From an uncultured Candidatus Bathyarchaeia archaeon (GTDB lineage Archaea > Thermoproteota > Bathyarchaeia > Bathyarchaeales > Bathycorpusculaceae), in NCBI GenBank assembly GCA_964450845.1, contig CAYVGZ010000003.1, positions 1 to 52,826 of the forward strand: DNA of 52,826 bases, in the 5' to 3' direction. This document shows positions 18,841 to 29,028 of this stretch, one piece after another. The notes beneath the pieces are model-generated. The model was not told where the DNA came from. It saw only the letters and a program-made list of their open reading frames with translations, and made no database searches. The first letter of the stretch is position 1, and each line of letters begins with the position of its first letter. The position numbers were made by a program, and so were the translations under genes.

Positions 18841-19103
18841 TATCATACCCTCACTTATTCTCTTTGAACAGTTTTTTGGTGATTCTTTTGGGTTGAGATC
18901 AAAGAGAGGCAACCTTCTCCCATAAGCAGTAAATCTAGCGACACTCAAATTCAACAGCATAACACTTCAAACCATGCAACAAATCATATTTGGCTCCTAA
19001 TAGAGGGGTCTAGCAGCTTTGCACGCACACACATAATTGTGTCAAAAAACTATATAACACAAAAGCCTCAGTAATGCTAGAAAAGCGCTTAGAGGCTTCA
19101 ACC

Positions 19104-19625
19104 ATGTGTATCTTAGGCAAAGACAAGTTAAAGGAACTCATCGACAATTACAAATCCATATACCCCCACGACTATAACTTGCTCGACGGAGACGGCTACG
19201 TCCTAACAGTCAAGGAAGAAACCACCCTCAACTACCTAGAACACAAAAACATCATAACCTACGAAATAATCTTCGCACCACCAAACCTCGTAGCCCACCT
19301 AACAGCCAAAAGCAAGTATGGAAGAATGGGTTTATCCTTCCTAAACGCAGCCAAAGTCCACAGCGGCTTCGTCGGACGCCTAGCCCTAGAACTCGTAAAC
19401 CTAAGCAACGACCGCTGCCCCATCACAATCAAACGCGGAGACCCCTTCATGCACATAGAATTCGTGACACGCGAAGGCCAACCCTCACCATACGTGGGAG
19501 AATACCAATTCCAATACCTAACCGACGACGAAATGCAAATGTACATCCCAATACTAAAAAAAGTCTTCCCAAACTACGACGAACTCGCCGAAACATGGTT
19601 CAAAAACAAACGCCTGCAACCATGA
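19104..19625 (+). CDS. dcd: dCTP deaminase/trimeric dUTPase-fold protein
   Basis: SKYGRMGL, VHSGFVGRLALELVN and YVGEYQFQ; start re-called at ATG 19104. Confidence 0.7.
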   Translation: MCILGKDKLKELIDNYKSIYPHDYNLLDGDGYVLTVKEETTLNYLEHKNIITYEIIFAPPNLVAHLTAKSKYGRMGLSFLNAAKVHSGFVGRLALELVNLSNDRCPITIKRGDPFMHIEFVTREGQPSPYVGEYQFQYLTDDEMQMYIPILKKVFPNYDELAETWFKNKRLQP

Positions 19626-19747
19626 AGCACAACTGGATAACACATTCTTATTTTAAAACTTGATTCAAAATTCATAACTTTAATCAAAACAGGCCGTCAA
19701 CAAATCGTTTAAATATAACGCTCATGGTATGCAAAAGGGGATACAAA

Positions 19748-20266
19748 ATGCGCGCGAAAAATTACAGAGCCGTTAAAGGCCAGTCTTATACTAGAACAGA
19801 GTTTGTAAAGGGTTTTCCACCCCCGAAAATAAACAAATTCACCATGGGCGATACCAAGGCAAAATTCGAATATGAGGCTAGGCTCATAGCCCTAGAAGGG
19901 GCTCAAATCCGCCACAGCGCCCTAGAAGCATCGCGTGTGGCAGCAAACCATGAATTAATGGGAAAACTCACAAACAATTACCTTTTGCGTGTTCAACCCT
20001 ATCCGCACACTATCCTCAGAGAAAATAAGATGATTTTTGGCGCCCATGCGGACCGCCTTTCAGATGGCATGCGAAGATCTTTCGGAAAACCCGTCGGAAC
20101 TGCAGCACGTGTAAAACCTAACCAAACAATCATCGCCATCAACGTTAATGAAAACGGCGTCGAAATCGCCAAAAGAGCCCTAAAACTTGGAAGCACCAAA
20201 CTTCCTATCCCATGCAGAATAGTCATTGAAAAAATACAAACAGAAGAGGCGAAAACTGTTGACTGA
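19748..20266 (+). CDS. rpl10e: 50S ribosomal protein L10e (uL16)
   Basis: ALEASR, LRENKM and DGMRRSFGKP; start re-called at ATG 19748. Confidence 0.95.
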   Translation: MRAKNYRAVKGQSYTRTEFVKGFPPPKINKFTMGDTKAKFEYEARLIALEGAQIRHSALEASRVAANHELMGKLTNNYLLRVQPYPHTILRENKMIFGAHADRLSDGMRRSFGKPVGTAARVKPNQTIIAINVNENGVEIAKRALKLGSTKLPIPCRIVIEKIQTEEAKTVD

Positions 20267-20267
20267 A

Positions 20268-22736
20268 ATGAAAGAAGACCTAGTAATCTGGTTTGAAAAC
20301 CTAAGAAAAACAGACATTCCTTCAGTCGGCGGCAAAAATGCCAACCTAGGCGAAATGGCAAACGCAAAAATACCAGTTCCACCAGGATTTGCCATAACCG
20401 CCTATTCATACAAAAAATTTATCGAAGAAACAAGCATATCCTCAAAAATCTACGAGATCATAAAAGAAACAGTAACAAACTCAAACGACCCAAATCAATA
20501 CGAAATAGCCTCCAAGAAAATTCGTGAACTAATAGAAGCCACACCCATGCCTAAGGAAATTGAAGACGCCATAAGATCCGCATATGAAGAACTATGCAAA
20601 AAGCTTAACGCAAACGATGTTTTCGTTGCAGTACGGTCAAGCGCAACAGCCGAAGACCTACCAGACGCATCTTTTGCTGGCCAGCAAGAAACATATCTGA
20701 ATGTCAGAGGCGTTGACGAAGTGCTTGGAAATACTATTAAGTGTTGGTCTAGTCTCTTCACTCCACGTGCAATCTTTTATCGCTCTGAGAAGGGTTTTGC
20801 TCATGAAAAAGTTTTCATAAGCGTTGGGGTTCAAAAAATGGTAAACTCGAAAGCTGCAGGCGTCATATTCACGATAAACCCTGTAACGGGTGACCAGACC
20901 CAAATAGTTATTGAGGGCAATTACGGTTTAGGCGAATCTGTTGTTTCTGGCGCTGTTACCCCAGACGATTTTGTTGTTGACAAAAACACGCTGAAAATAA
21001 TCGAGAGGCGCGTAGCCAAAAAAACAGTGCAATATCTCCGCGACCCAAACACTGGCAAAACAGTTCATGTTGACGTGCCCATCAAAAAGCAAGAGCAGCC
21101 ATGTCTAAGCGATGAGGAAATAATCAAACTTGCAGAACTAGCTAAACGCATTGAGCAGCATTATGGAAACGCCCAAGACATTGAATGGGCAATCGACAGT
21201 GACATACCCTATCCAGATGACATTTTCATAGTGCAATCAAGACCTGAAACAGTTTGGAGCACAAGACTTGCACAAGTGCCAGCGAAAGCTGAAGCTGAAG
21301 GAATCAAATCCACTGAAATGTTAAAGGTTGTTGTCAAAGGAATTGCGGCTGGCAAGAGAAGCTTCGGCATAGGCGTGGCAAAAGTTGTTTCAAATCCTCA
21401 GGAAGCTGCTAAAATCATGCAGAAAGGCGACATTCTCGTGACAGACATGACCAATCCAGATTATGTACCTTTCATGAAACTCGCAGGCGCCATAGTAACA
21501 GACAAGGGCGGAGTAACATGCCACGCGGCTATTGTAAGCCGTGAACTTGGCATACCATGCGTTGTTGGCGCAGAAAACGCCACAAAACTCATGGTTAGCG
21601 GTAAAGAATACACCGTGGATTCAAAAAGCGGCGTTGTCTACGAAGGAATAATGTCAGCATTAACAGAGCAACTCTCATCATCATCCAGAGCTACCACACC
21701 GCTAAATACGATGGCTGGAGGCGTGTTTCAATCAGTGCCCGTGACAGCGACAAAAATCTACATGAATCTGGGGGTTCCAGAGAAAATAGAGGATTATAAG
21801 GACTTACCGTTCGAAGGCATTGGGCTTATGCGCATAGAATTTATTTTAGCCAGCTACATAGGAGAGCACCCATTATACCTTATAGAAACTGGCCAATCCC
21901 AGAAGTTCGTGGACAAACTTGCAGAAGGGATATCAACAGTGGCAAGAGCTATACAGCCACGGCCAGTTGTTGTTCGCTTCAGCGACTTCAAAACCAACGA
22001 ATACAGAGAATTAAAAGGCGGCGAAAAATATGAAATTGTTGAAGCCAATCCTATGCTCGGATGGAGAGGATGCAGCCGTTACATAAGCTCGTGGTATGAA
22101 AAAGCCTTTAGACTTGAATGTCAAGCTATTAAGAAATGCCGTGAAGAATGGGGGCTCAAAAACGTGTGGATCATGCTTCCTGTTGTGCGAACGGTGTGGG
22201 AAGTCAAACGATGCCTTGAGATTATGCGAGAAGAAGGCTTAGAAAGATCTAGGGACTTTAAAGTATGGTTCATGGCTGAAACGCCTTCAATTGCTATACT
22301 TGCAGATGAGTTTTCAAAATTATGTGATGGTTTCTCTATAGGCTCAAACGATATGACCCAAGGCATACTTATGATTGACAGGGATTCTGAGCGCTTAGGG
22401 CAGATGGGATACTTCGACGAAAGAGATCCAGCAGTAAAAAGAATAATTGCTCATCTGATTAAAGTGGCGCACGAGAACGGATGCACAGTCTCTATCTGCG
22501 GAGAAGGTCCATCAAACCTACCAGACTTTGCAGAATTTCTCGTAAGAGTTGGAATAGATAGCATATCTGTGAACAATGATGCGGTAATTGCCACCAAGAA
22601 GCTTGTTGCAAGCGTAGAACAGAAAATAATCCTAGAGCAACTCGCCGAACAGCATGAAAGAGCCCTTGGGCGTTCAACCCTAAAGCCCAAAGAAGACTGG
22701 GAATGGGCGTCTCGATGGGGCGGGACTGAAGAATAG
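20268..22736 (+). CDS. ppsA: Phosphoenolpyruvate synthase
   Basis: VGGKNANLGE, AVRSSATAED, QSRPET, phospho-His motif GGVTCHAAIVSRE and DGFSIGSND. Confidence 0.96.
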   Translation: MKEDLVIWFENLRKTDIPSVGGKNANLGEMANAKIPVPPGFAITAYSYKKFIEETSISSKIYEIIKETVTNSNDPNQYEIASKKIRELIEATPMPKEIEDAIRSAYEELCKKLNANDVFVAVRSSATAEDLPDASFAGQQETYLNVRGVDEVLGNTIKCWSSLFTPRAIFYRSEKGFAHEKVFISVGVQKMVNSKAAGVIFTINPVTGDQTQIVIEGNYGLGESVVSGAVTPDDFVVDKNTLKIIERRVAKKTVQYLRDPNTGKTVHVDVPIKKQEQPCLSDEEIIKLAELAKRIEQHYGNAQDIEWAIDSDIPYPDDIFIVQSRPETVWSTRLAQVPAKAEAEGIKSTEMLKVVVKGIAAGKRSFGIGVAKVVSNPQEAAKIMQKGDILVTDMTNPDYVPFMKLAGAIVTDKGGVTCHAAIVSRELGIPCVVGAENATKLMVSGKEYTVDSKSGVVYEGIMSALTEQLSSSSRATTPLNTMAGGVFQSVPVTATKIYMNLGVPEKIEDYKDLPFEGIGLMRIEFILASYIGEHPLYLIETGQSQKFVDKLAEGISTVARAIQPRPVVVRFSDFKTNEYRELKGGEKYEIVEANPMLGWRGCSRYISSWYEKAFRLECQAIKKCREEWGLKNVWIMLPVVRTVWEVKRCLEIMREEGLERSRDFKVWFMAETPSIAILADEFSKLCDGFSIGSNDMTQGILMIDRDSERLGQMGYFDERDPAVKRIIAHLIKVAHENGCTVSICGEGPSNLPDFAEFLVRVGIDSISVNNDAVIATKKLVASVEQKIILEQLAEQHERALGRSTLKPKEDWEWASRWGGTEE

Positions 22737-22804
22737 CAATCTATCTGCCTCTTTCTCTCCTTCTACACATGCCTATATTCTTGTGACTCTCTGGATGTGA
22801 TGCC

Positions 22805-23806
22805 ATGAAACAATTCGATTTTGAAGAAGAGAAAGTGAAGCAAGAAATACTTAAACTAAAAGCAAAACGCGTTTTAATCCAGCTCCCAGAAGGTTTAAAG
22901 CCTGAGGCAACACGGCTAGCGAAGATTATTGAAAAACTTGGCGCTCTACCTGTGGTTTCTGCAGATCCATGTTATGGTGCATGTGATTTGGCAACAGTAG
23001 AGGCTGAGAGTCTGGGTGTAGACTCAATAATTCATTATGGGCATTCAAAACTGTTGAAGTATGAGCGGGTTCCCACAATCTATATTGAAGCCAGAGCAAC
23101 CGTAAATGTGAATGAGACTGTTGAGAAAGCATTACCTATGCTAGAAGACTGGCAAAAAATAGGTTTAACCACAACAGTTCAGCATGTACAAACTCTTGAT
23201 GATGTGAGAGAAATTCTGCTTCGTGCAGGAAAAACAGTTGTGATAGGTGATGCTGGACGCGTAAACTATCCTGGGCAAGTGATCGGGTGCGATTACAGCA
23301 ATGCTAAATCGGTGGCAAAAGACGTTGAAGTATTCCTTTTTGTCGGTGGCGGACGGTTTCACGCCTTAGGCGTTGCCCTTTCGACTTCGAAACCTACAAT
23401 AGTTGCAGACCCATATGAAGAAAGAGCGTATTCAATTAATAAAGAGGCAGAACGGGTCATTAAACAAAGATGGGCAAGCATAGAAAAAGCCATGACAGCG
23501 AAAAATTTTGCAGTTTTAGTCGGATTGAAGCCAGGACAGAAAAAGTTTGAAGAAGCTTTAGATGTGAAGAAGAAACTTGAAGAAAGCGGAAAGACTGCTT
23601 ACCTCTTTGTTGCTAAAGAAATCACTCCAGAGGTGCTTATGGAGTTTCCAACAGTGGATGCCTATGTAAACACTGCTTGTCCCAGAGTATCGCTCGATGA
23701 TGCTTCAAAATTCCAAAAACCAGTGTTAACGATTAACGAGGCTTTAGTAGTTATTGGAGAGTTATCTTGGGAAAAATTATGCAGAGAAGGCTTGTTCGGA
23801 AACTAG
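22805..23806 (+). CDS. dph2: Diphthamide biosynthesis enzyme Dph2 (Dph1/2 family)
   Basis: QLPEGLK; Fe-S cysteines in YGACD, GQVIGCD and TACPR. Confidence 0.94.
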   Translation: MKQFDFEEEKVKQEILKLKAKRVLIQLPEGLKPEATRLAKIIEKLGALPVVSADPCYGACDLATVEAESLGVDSIIHYGHSKLLKYERVPTIYIEARATVNVNETVEKALPMLEDWQKIGLTTTVQHVQTLDDVREILLRAGKTVVIGDAGRVNYPGQVIGCDYSNAKSVAKDVEVFLFVGGGRFHALGVALSTSKPTIVADPYEERAYSINKEAERVIKQRWASIEKAMTAKNFAVLVGLKPGQKKFEEALDVKKKLEESGKTAYLFVAKEITPEVLMEFPTVDAYVNTACPRVSLDDASKFQKPVLTINEALVVIGELSWEKLCREGLFGN

Positions 23807-24465
23807 AATTGGAAATTCTACTTTCACAAATTGAATCACATCCATCGCCTAAACCAAGCCTTGAACAGTACACAATTCCAGTTGATGTTGCCGCAACAAT
23901 GCTCTATGTAGCAGCTTATACGCATGGCGGCATCGTTGGTAAAACAGTTTTGGATTTAGGGTGCGGTACTGGTAGGCTTGCTTTGGGTGCAGCTTTCTTG
24001 GGTGCGAAACAAGTTGTGGGCATTGATATTGATAGGGACGCGGTTAAAGTGGCTTTTGAAAATGCGGTTAGGACAAACTTGAAAGAGAAAGCGCAGTGGA
24101 TCATTGGCGACATAGATGCTATTCATGGAAGCTTTGATGCTGTTTTGCAAAATCCGCCCTTTGGCGTGCAAAGACGAAAGGCTGACCGAAAGTTTCTGGA
24201 AAAAGCCTTAGAAACAGGCAAAATTATCTATTCACTTCACAAATGCCCAGAGCAAGATAAAGCCCTTATCAAAAGACTAAAAGCAAACAAAACTGGGATT
24301 GCGCCAGTTGCTCCCTCTCCTTTCCTGAAAAATTTTATTGAAGAGCGTGGTGGAAAAATTAAAGCCGTTTATGCCATGATTATGACGGTTCCGCACATGT
24401 TTAGCTTTCACACGAAGAGAAAATACGAGTTTGTAGTTGATCTGTTTATTATAGAACGGAGATGA
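23779..24465 (+). CDS. METTL5-like predicted RNA N6-adenine methyltransferase
   Basis: LEQYTIP, DLGCGTG and QNPPFG motifs. Confidence 0.88.
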   Translation: MQRRLVRKLELEILLSQIESHPSPKPSLEQYTIPVDVAATMLYVAAYTHGGIVGKTVLDLGCGTGRLALGAAFLGAKQVVGIDIDRDAVKVAFENAVRTNLKEKAQWIIGDIDAIHGSFDAVLQNPPFGVQRRKADRKFLEKALETGKIIYSLHKCPEQDKALIKRLKANKTGIAPVAPSPFLKNFIEERGGKIKAVYAMIMTVPHMFSFHTKRKYEFVVDLFIIERR

Positions 24466-24635
24466 AAGTGTATGATGACTAGAATATTTTGCTTGCTCAA
24501 AAAAGGTCAACAAATAAAAAGGTTTATTGCGGAGCATAGAAAACTACAGATATACCCATTTAGCAAATGTTTACGTTCAATGATGCGCAAGCATTTGACT
24601 CGTGGACTTACATGATAATAAAAAAGGGAATTTAA

Positions 24636-25217
24636 ATGAGTTCGCAATCCTCTGAACGGAAAAACAGCCAATTCGTGTTGCCAGGCGAACGTCTAGGCGT
24701 AATCGAAGAGTTCACTCCAGACACAGGAACATACGTTAAAGACGGAATAATTCATGCTGGGGTTGTTGGTCGCGCCTTAGTTGACCTTGCAAATAAACGT
24801 GTCTCGGTTCATCCGTTAATTCATGGGGCAAGGGTTCCTAAAGTTGGAAACATAGTTGTGGGGCAAGTTTCAAATGTTCAAACTGAAAATGCCAGTGTAC
24901 GAATCTTCAAAATAGACAATAAACCCCTTTCTGGCTTCTTCTCGGGGGCTCTCCATGTTTCTGATGTGCAACTAAGTTACGTTGAGTCAATGTTTAACGT
25001 TTGTAAACCCGGTGACATCATAAGAGCCAAAGTAATCAGCGAAAAGAACCAAGTTTCTCACTTGTCTACTGAAGACAAGAGTTTAGGCGTGGTTTACGCG
25101 TTTTGTTCGAAGTGCGGCTTCGCATTAGAGCTAAAGCGGCAAACCATGTATTGTCCAAGATGTGGAAACACTGAGAAGCGCAAGACTGCATTCGATTATG
25201 GAAAAGGAACACTATAG
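24636..25217 (+). CDS. csl4: Exosome complex component Csl4
   Basis: VLPGERLG, S1 domain (KPGDIIRAKV) and C-terminal CSKC..CPRCG Zn ribbon. Confidence 0.93.
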   Translation: MSSQSSERKNSQFVLPGERLGVIEEFTPDTGTYVKDGIIHAGVVGRALVDLANKRVSVHPLIHGARVPKVGNIVVGQVSNVQTENASVRIFKIDNKPLSGFFSGALHVSDVQLSYVESMFNVCKPGDIIRAKVISEKNQVSHLSTEDKSLGVVYAFCSKCGFALELKRQTMYCPRCGNTEKRKTAFDYGKGTL

Positions 25218-25231
25218 AGTAAAAGGGGTAA

Positions 25232-25522
25232 TTGAAAATGAAAGTGAAAACATTGAAGAGAACTTCAAATGAACTTAAAATAGACGTAGATGGTTTTGGG
25301 CATGCTCTTTGTAATCTGCTGCAAAAGAGGCTTTTAGAAGATCCGCATGTGGATTTAGCGGGCTACGACGTACCGCACCCGTTAGCCTCAAACTCCATAA
25401 TTTATGCTCGCACAAAAGGCAATGTTAAACCTGAGGAAGCCTTACGGAAAGCCGTGGAAAATGTACGTGAGACAAACAAAGAGTTCAGCAAAGAGCTTCA
25501 AAAAGCCCTTAAGAAAACTTAG
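25232..25522 (+). CDS. rpoL: RNA polymerase subunit Rpo11 (L)
   Basis: GHALCNLL and AGYDVPHPL motifs; follows csl4. Confidence 0.92.
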   Translation: MKMKVKTLKRTSNELKIDVDGFGHALCNLLQKRLLEDPHVDLAGYDVPHPLASNSIIYARTKGNVKPEEALRKAVENVRETNKEFSKELQKALKKT

Positions 25523-25922
25523 CTCTGTTCTTTATTGTTACAAGCAATTGGCTAAAACCATCGAGAGGGTCATCAGTTTTTTCTAGTGTTGCAACGCTTT
25601 CTTCTAGTGTGATGCAGTTGCGAAGCCAAGCATAAACTATCAATGCTTCAGCAGCGTCAGCCAGCATATGGCGTGTCATTCTTGATGGCAAATACTCTCT
25701 TAACCCTGCTTTTTTAAGGGCTTCAGCGAGCACACTTCCTTTAACTTTTGCGCCTGAAGGTTCTTCCTTTCTGTTCGATAAGGCTAGTGAATAGACAAAG
25801 TTTATGTATGCATCTCCAAGAGATGCCAGTTTATGGTTCGTCAATACTTCGGTTATGTTTCCATGAATTTTTATGAAGGAAAATGTTCCAACGCGTTTCT
25901 TCAAGGATGAACGCCTCTGCAT
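25509..25922 (-). CDS. Archaeal minimal ribonuclease III-like domain protein (start uncertain)
   Basis: LASLGDAYINF and ADAAEALI match the two RNase III-type acidic motifs; no dsRBD. Confidence 0.75.
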   Translation of the reverse strand: MQRRSSLKKRVGTFSFIKIHGNITEVLTNHKLASLGDAYINFVYSLALSNRKEEPSGAKVKGSVLAEALKKAGLREYLPSRMTRHMLADAAEALIVYAWLRNCITLEESVATLEKTDDPLDGFSQLLVTIKNRAKFS

Positions 25923-25991
25923 TAACGTTGTTCTTCGCTAAACTTATAACATCTGTTTCCTCATATTTGTTGATGTCGTTGAGGAATTGTT

Positions 25992-26579
25992 TTGGCTTGC
26001 AAAAAATTTCGTGTGATTAAGCCTGAAATTCGTGTTCTCGGGATCGATGATGGAGTATTTACCCCTCACGTAAAAGGTTTTGTGCCAGTTGTCGGCGTTG
26101 TTTTTCGCGGTGGATATTGGCTTGACGGCGTAATGCACACGAAAATAAAAGTGGATGGATTTGACGCCACACTTAAGATAGCTTCTATGATACTTAACTC
26201 GCCGCATTACAAGCAATTAAGAGTCATAATGCTTAATGGAGTAACATTTGCAGGTTTCAATGTCGCTGACATCAAAAAGCTTACAGCGAAAACAAAACTT
26301 CCAGTAATATCAGTTACACGTGAAAAGCCCAACCCTGCAGAAATCCGCGAAGCCCTGAAGAATTTGCCAAAAAGTGAAGAACGTTGGAAGGCTATGCTAA
26401 ACGCTGGAGAAACATTTGAATTTCGTGCTAGAAGTGGAAGCGAGAAAATTTATGTGCAATTTTCAGGAATCCTTGAAGAAGATGTAGAAAAAATATTGCA
26501 GATAACCTCAACTCGAAGCAATATTCCTGAAGCATTACGCGTAGCGCATCTTGTCGCTTCTGGAGTAAGCACCGCTTAG
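25992..26579 (+). CDS. DUF99 family (endonuclease V-like/endonuclease dU) protein
   Basis: VLGIDDG, DGFDAT, MLNGVTFAGFNV and PEALRVAHLVA. Confidence 0.87.
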   Translation: MACKKFRVIKPEIRVLGIDDGVFTPHVKGFVPVVGVVFRGGYWLDGVMHTKIKVDGFDATLKIASMILNSPHYKQLRVIMLNGVTFAGFNVADIKKLTAKTKLPVISVTREKPNPAEIREALKNLPKSEERWKAMLNAGETFEFRARSGSEKIYVQFSGILEEDVEKILQITSTRSNIPEALRVAHLVASGVSTA

Positions 26580-26659
26580 CCCCAATCTTTATTGTTGTAT
26601 GAAAAGGTTTAAAAGAGACAACGTTAAGGAAAAACAAACGGACATCGGAGTAAAAAGCT

Positions 26660-27010
26660 ATGGAATTTTGTCCGAAATGTGGCTCACGACTTGTGCCTAA
26701 AAAGGCGAAATCTGCAAAGGCATCAATAATGCTGGTTTGTCCGAAATGCGGTTATAAAAAGCGGGAATCGAGTAAGAAGGTAGAGCCCAAGATTGCAAAA
26801 GTTATACAGCACAAGCCGCAGCAACTTGTGGCGGTGATAGGTAAGGAAGAGCAGAAACTGCGTACATTGCCCACTGTTAGAATTGAATGTCCCAAATGCG
26901 GAAACAATTTGGCGTACGTTTGGCAAGTGCAAACCAGAGGCGCTGATGAATCTTCAACACAGTTTTTGCGTTGCACGAAATGTAACTACACGTTCAGAGA
27001 ATACAGCTAA
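26660..27010 (+). CDS. tfs: Transcription factor S (TFS)
   Basis: Two Zn ribbons; QTRGADESST acidic hairpin. Confidence 0.95.
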   Translation: MEFCPKCGSRLVPKKAKSAKASIMLVCPKCGYKKRESSKKVEPKIAKVIQHKPQQLVAVIGKEEQKLRTLPTVRIECPKCGNNLAYVWQVQTRGADESSTQFLRCTKCNYTFREYS

Positions 27011-27068
27011 CACACTTTTACATATTAGTTTTTAAGGATTCTTTTTTTCATTGATAAGTGTATTAACA

Positions 27069-27091
27069 GTTGAATCTATATATAAGGGGGG
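27069..27091 (-). promoter_or_regulatory. C6-TATA-like recurrent motif, copy 3 (between tfs and pcn)
   Basis: Minus strand CCCCCCTTATATATAGATTCAAC. Confidence 0.55.
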
Positions 27092-27215
27092 TAGGTCTCA
27101 ACCGAGAACACAAACTACCCCACAAATAATAAAATGGATCGTTTGAAGCTGAAAGGTTAATATGTAAAATCTTTTATTAACAACCAAACATATCCAATAG
27201 AAAGGTGACCATTTC

Positions 27216-27971
27216 ATGTTCAAACTCAAAGTAGCCGACGCCAAACTCCTAAGAGACATGATCACATCCATATCCATCCTCGTAGACGAAGCCACATTCA
27301 AACTCGACCCAGAAGGCGTAAAACTTCGAGCAATGGACCCGTCACGCGTTGCCATGATTGATTTTGAGTGGCCCAAAACAGTTTTTGAAGAATACCAATG
27401 CACAGAACCGACAAAAATGTGCATAAACATAAGTGAACTATTAAAACTGCTTAAAAGAGCCGGCAAAGATGAAGTCGTGGAGCTTTCTCTTGACGAGAAA
27501 ACAGGGCGTTTACAAGTGAAAATATCTGGAAAATACTCGCGAAACTTCACAATGCCAACGCTTGAAGCCTCAGAAGAAGAAGTGCCAACACCAAAAATCA
27601 CCTTCAACATTAGAGCCAAAGCCACGACCCAAGGCTTAAGCCAAGCAATTGAAGACGCTCAACTCGTAAGCGATCACGTCAAAGTCGAAGCAGATACAGA
27701 AAAGCTAGTTTTCAATGCTGCTGGCGACCTCATGGGTGCAACAATAACACTTCAAAAAGGAAGCGACACTCTCCTAGACTTGGAAGCCAAAGAACCTGCA
27801 AAAGCAACATTCAGCCTAAGCTATCTGTTAGAAATTGTAAAAGCAGCATCTGCAACATCCGACATAGCAACGATGGAATTTTCATCAGACATGCCCATAA
27901 AACTGGACTTCCAACAAACAAAAGAAGGAAAACTAACGTTTTATCTAGCACCAAGAATCGAAACAGAATAA
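27216..27971 (+). CDS. pcn: Proliferating cell nuclear antigen (PCNA)
   Basis: AMDPSRVAMIDF and FYLAPRIE motifs. Confidence 0.97.
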   Translation: MFKLKVADAKLLRDMITSISILVDEATFKLDPEGVKLRAMDPSRVAMIDFEWPKTVFEEYQCTEPTKMCINISELLKLLKRAGKDEVVELSLDEKTGRLQVKISGKYSRNFTMPTLEASEEEVPTPKITFNIRAKATTQGLSQAIEDAQLVSDHVKVEADTEKLVFNAAGDLMGATITLQKGSDTLLDLEAKEPAKATFSLSYLLEIVKAASATSDIATMEFSSDMPIKLDFQQTKEGKLTFYLAPRIETE

Positions 27972-27972
27972 C

Positions 27973-29028
27973 GTGAAAAACAAAATGCAAAGCACAACGA
28001 CCAAATTCGCCAAAAACGACCTAGCAAAATATCCTTTTCTCAAAGAAACCACAGAATACGTGAAAAAACTCGATTTAAAAATTGAAGATATGGCAAATCC
28101 GGAATTCGCAAGCATTCTTGAACGCGCCAAAGAAAGAGTTGAAGAAGCAGTATTATACGCTTTAGTTAGCAGAAAATCGCACAACGAGGATATCGAGATT
28201 CCATCCTTCCCAGTGGCAATCATGTTAACCGTCGCAACTGAAAACTCGTTCATCAAAAAAAGATACGCCCTCGCCGAAGCAAAACAAACATTCGAAGACC
28301 TAAAACTCGAACCAAAAGAAAAACTCCAAGCAATCGCACAAAACTTCGCATGGAAACTCGAACCAATCGAAAACCCACAACCACCCTTCGAATTTACATT
28401 AAATTTCGTTAATTACCTGAGAAACACTGGCAATCTACACGAGAAAAAATGGAAACTCGTAAACCGCCTCCTATCAAACGGAAACGTATATCTGTCAAGA
28501 AATGAAACCGCAAGATTACTCAGCGAAGAAGTCCGCAAATACATTGAAAAAAGACAAGAAATAAAAGACACTCCTAAACTGCCACCAAAAATAATGGAAA
28601 TAGCCGAACAAATAAAAACACTCTCAAAAGAAAAAATTGGCGAAAAAGAGATGGAAGGATTTCCCAAAACCATAATCCAAGAAGCATTCCCACCATGTAT
28701 ACAAGCACTATACCAATCATTCACTTCCGGACACCACCTATCACACATAGGACGCTTCACACTAACCTCATTCCTCATAAACATTGGAATGCCAACAGAA
28801 ACCGTCATCGAACTGTTCAAAAACTTCTCCGACTTCAACGAAAGAATGACCCGCTACCAAGTTGAACACATCGCAGGAACGAAAGGATCAAGAACCCTGT
28901 ACACCCCCCCCAAATGCGACACATTGAAAACTCACGGTGTCTGTACAAACCCCGATGAGTTGTGTAAAAGGACGTACTATCCATTAAATTACTATCGAAG
29001 GAAAATCAGAAAAACTCAGACAGCTTAA
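27973..29028 (+). CDS. priL: DNA primase large subunit PriL
   Basis: FPPCI, RYQVEHIAG and PPKCDTLKTHGVC..LC Fe-S domain. Confidence 0.93.
   Translation: MKNKMQSTTTKFAKNDLAKYPFLKETTEYVKKLDLKIEDMANPEFASILERAKERVEEAVLYALVSRKSHNEDIEIPSFPVAIMLTVATENSFIKKRYALAEAKQTFEDLKLEPKEKLQAIAQNFAWKLEPIENPQPPFEFTLNFVNYLRNTGNLHEKKWKLVNRLLSNGNVYLSRNETARLLSEEVRKYIEKRQEIKDTPKLPPKIMEIAEQIKTLSKEKIGEKEMEGFPKTIIQEAFPPCIQALYQSFTSGHHLSHIGRFTLTSFLINIGMPTETVIELFKNFSDFNERMTRYQVEHIAGTKGSRTLYTPPKCDTLKTHGVCTNPDELCKRTYYPLNYYRRKIRKTQTA

Noticed and set aside
18643-18960. Minus-strand 105-aa ORF overlapping the REase end
   Set aside because: Mostly antisense to a well-supported gene, with no motif; at best a decayed remnant.
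27098-27625. 175-aa minus-strand ORF
   Set aside because: Antisense shadow of PCNA. The same applies to most other antisense ORFs in the track (e.g. 15652-16254, 36306-37049, 46506-47021), which benefit from biased codon usage.
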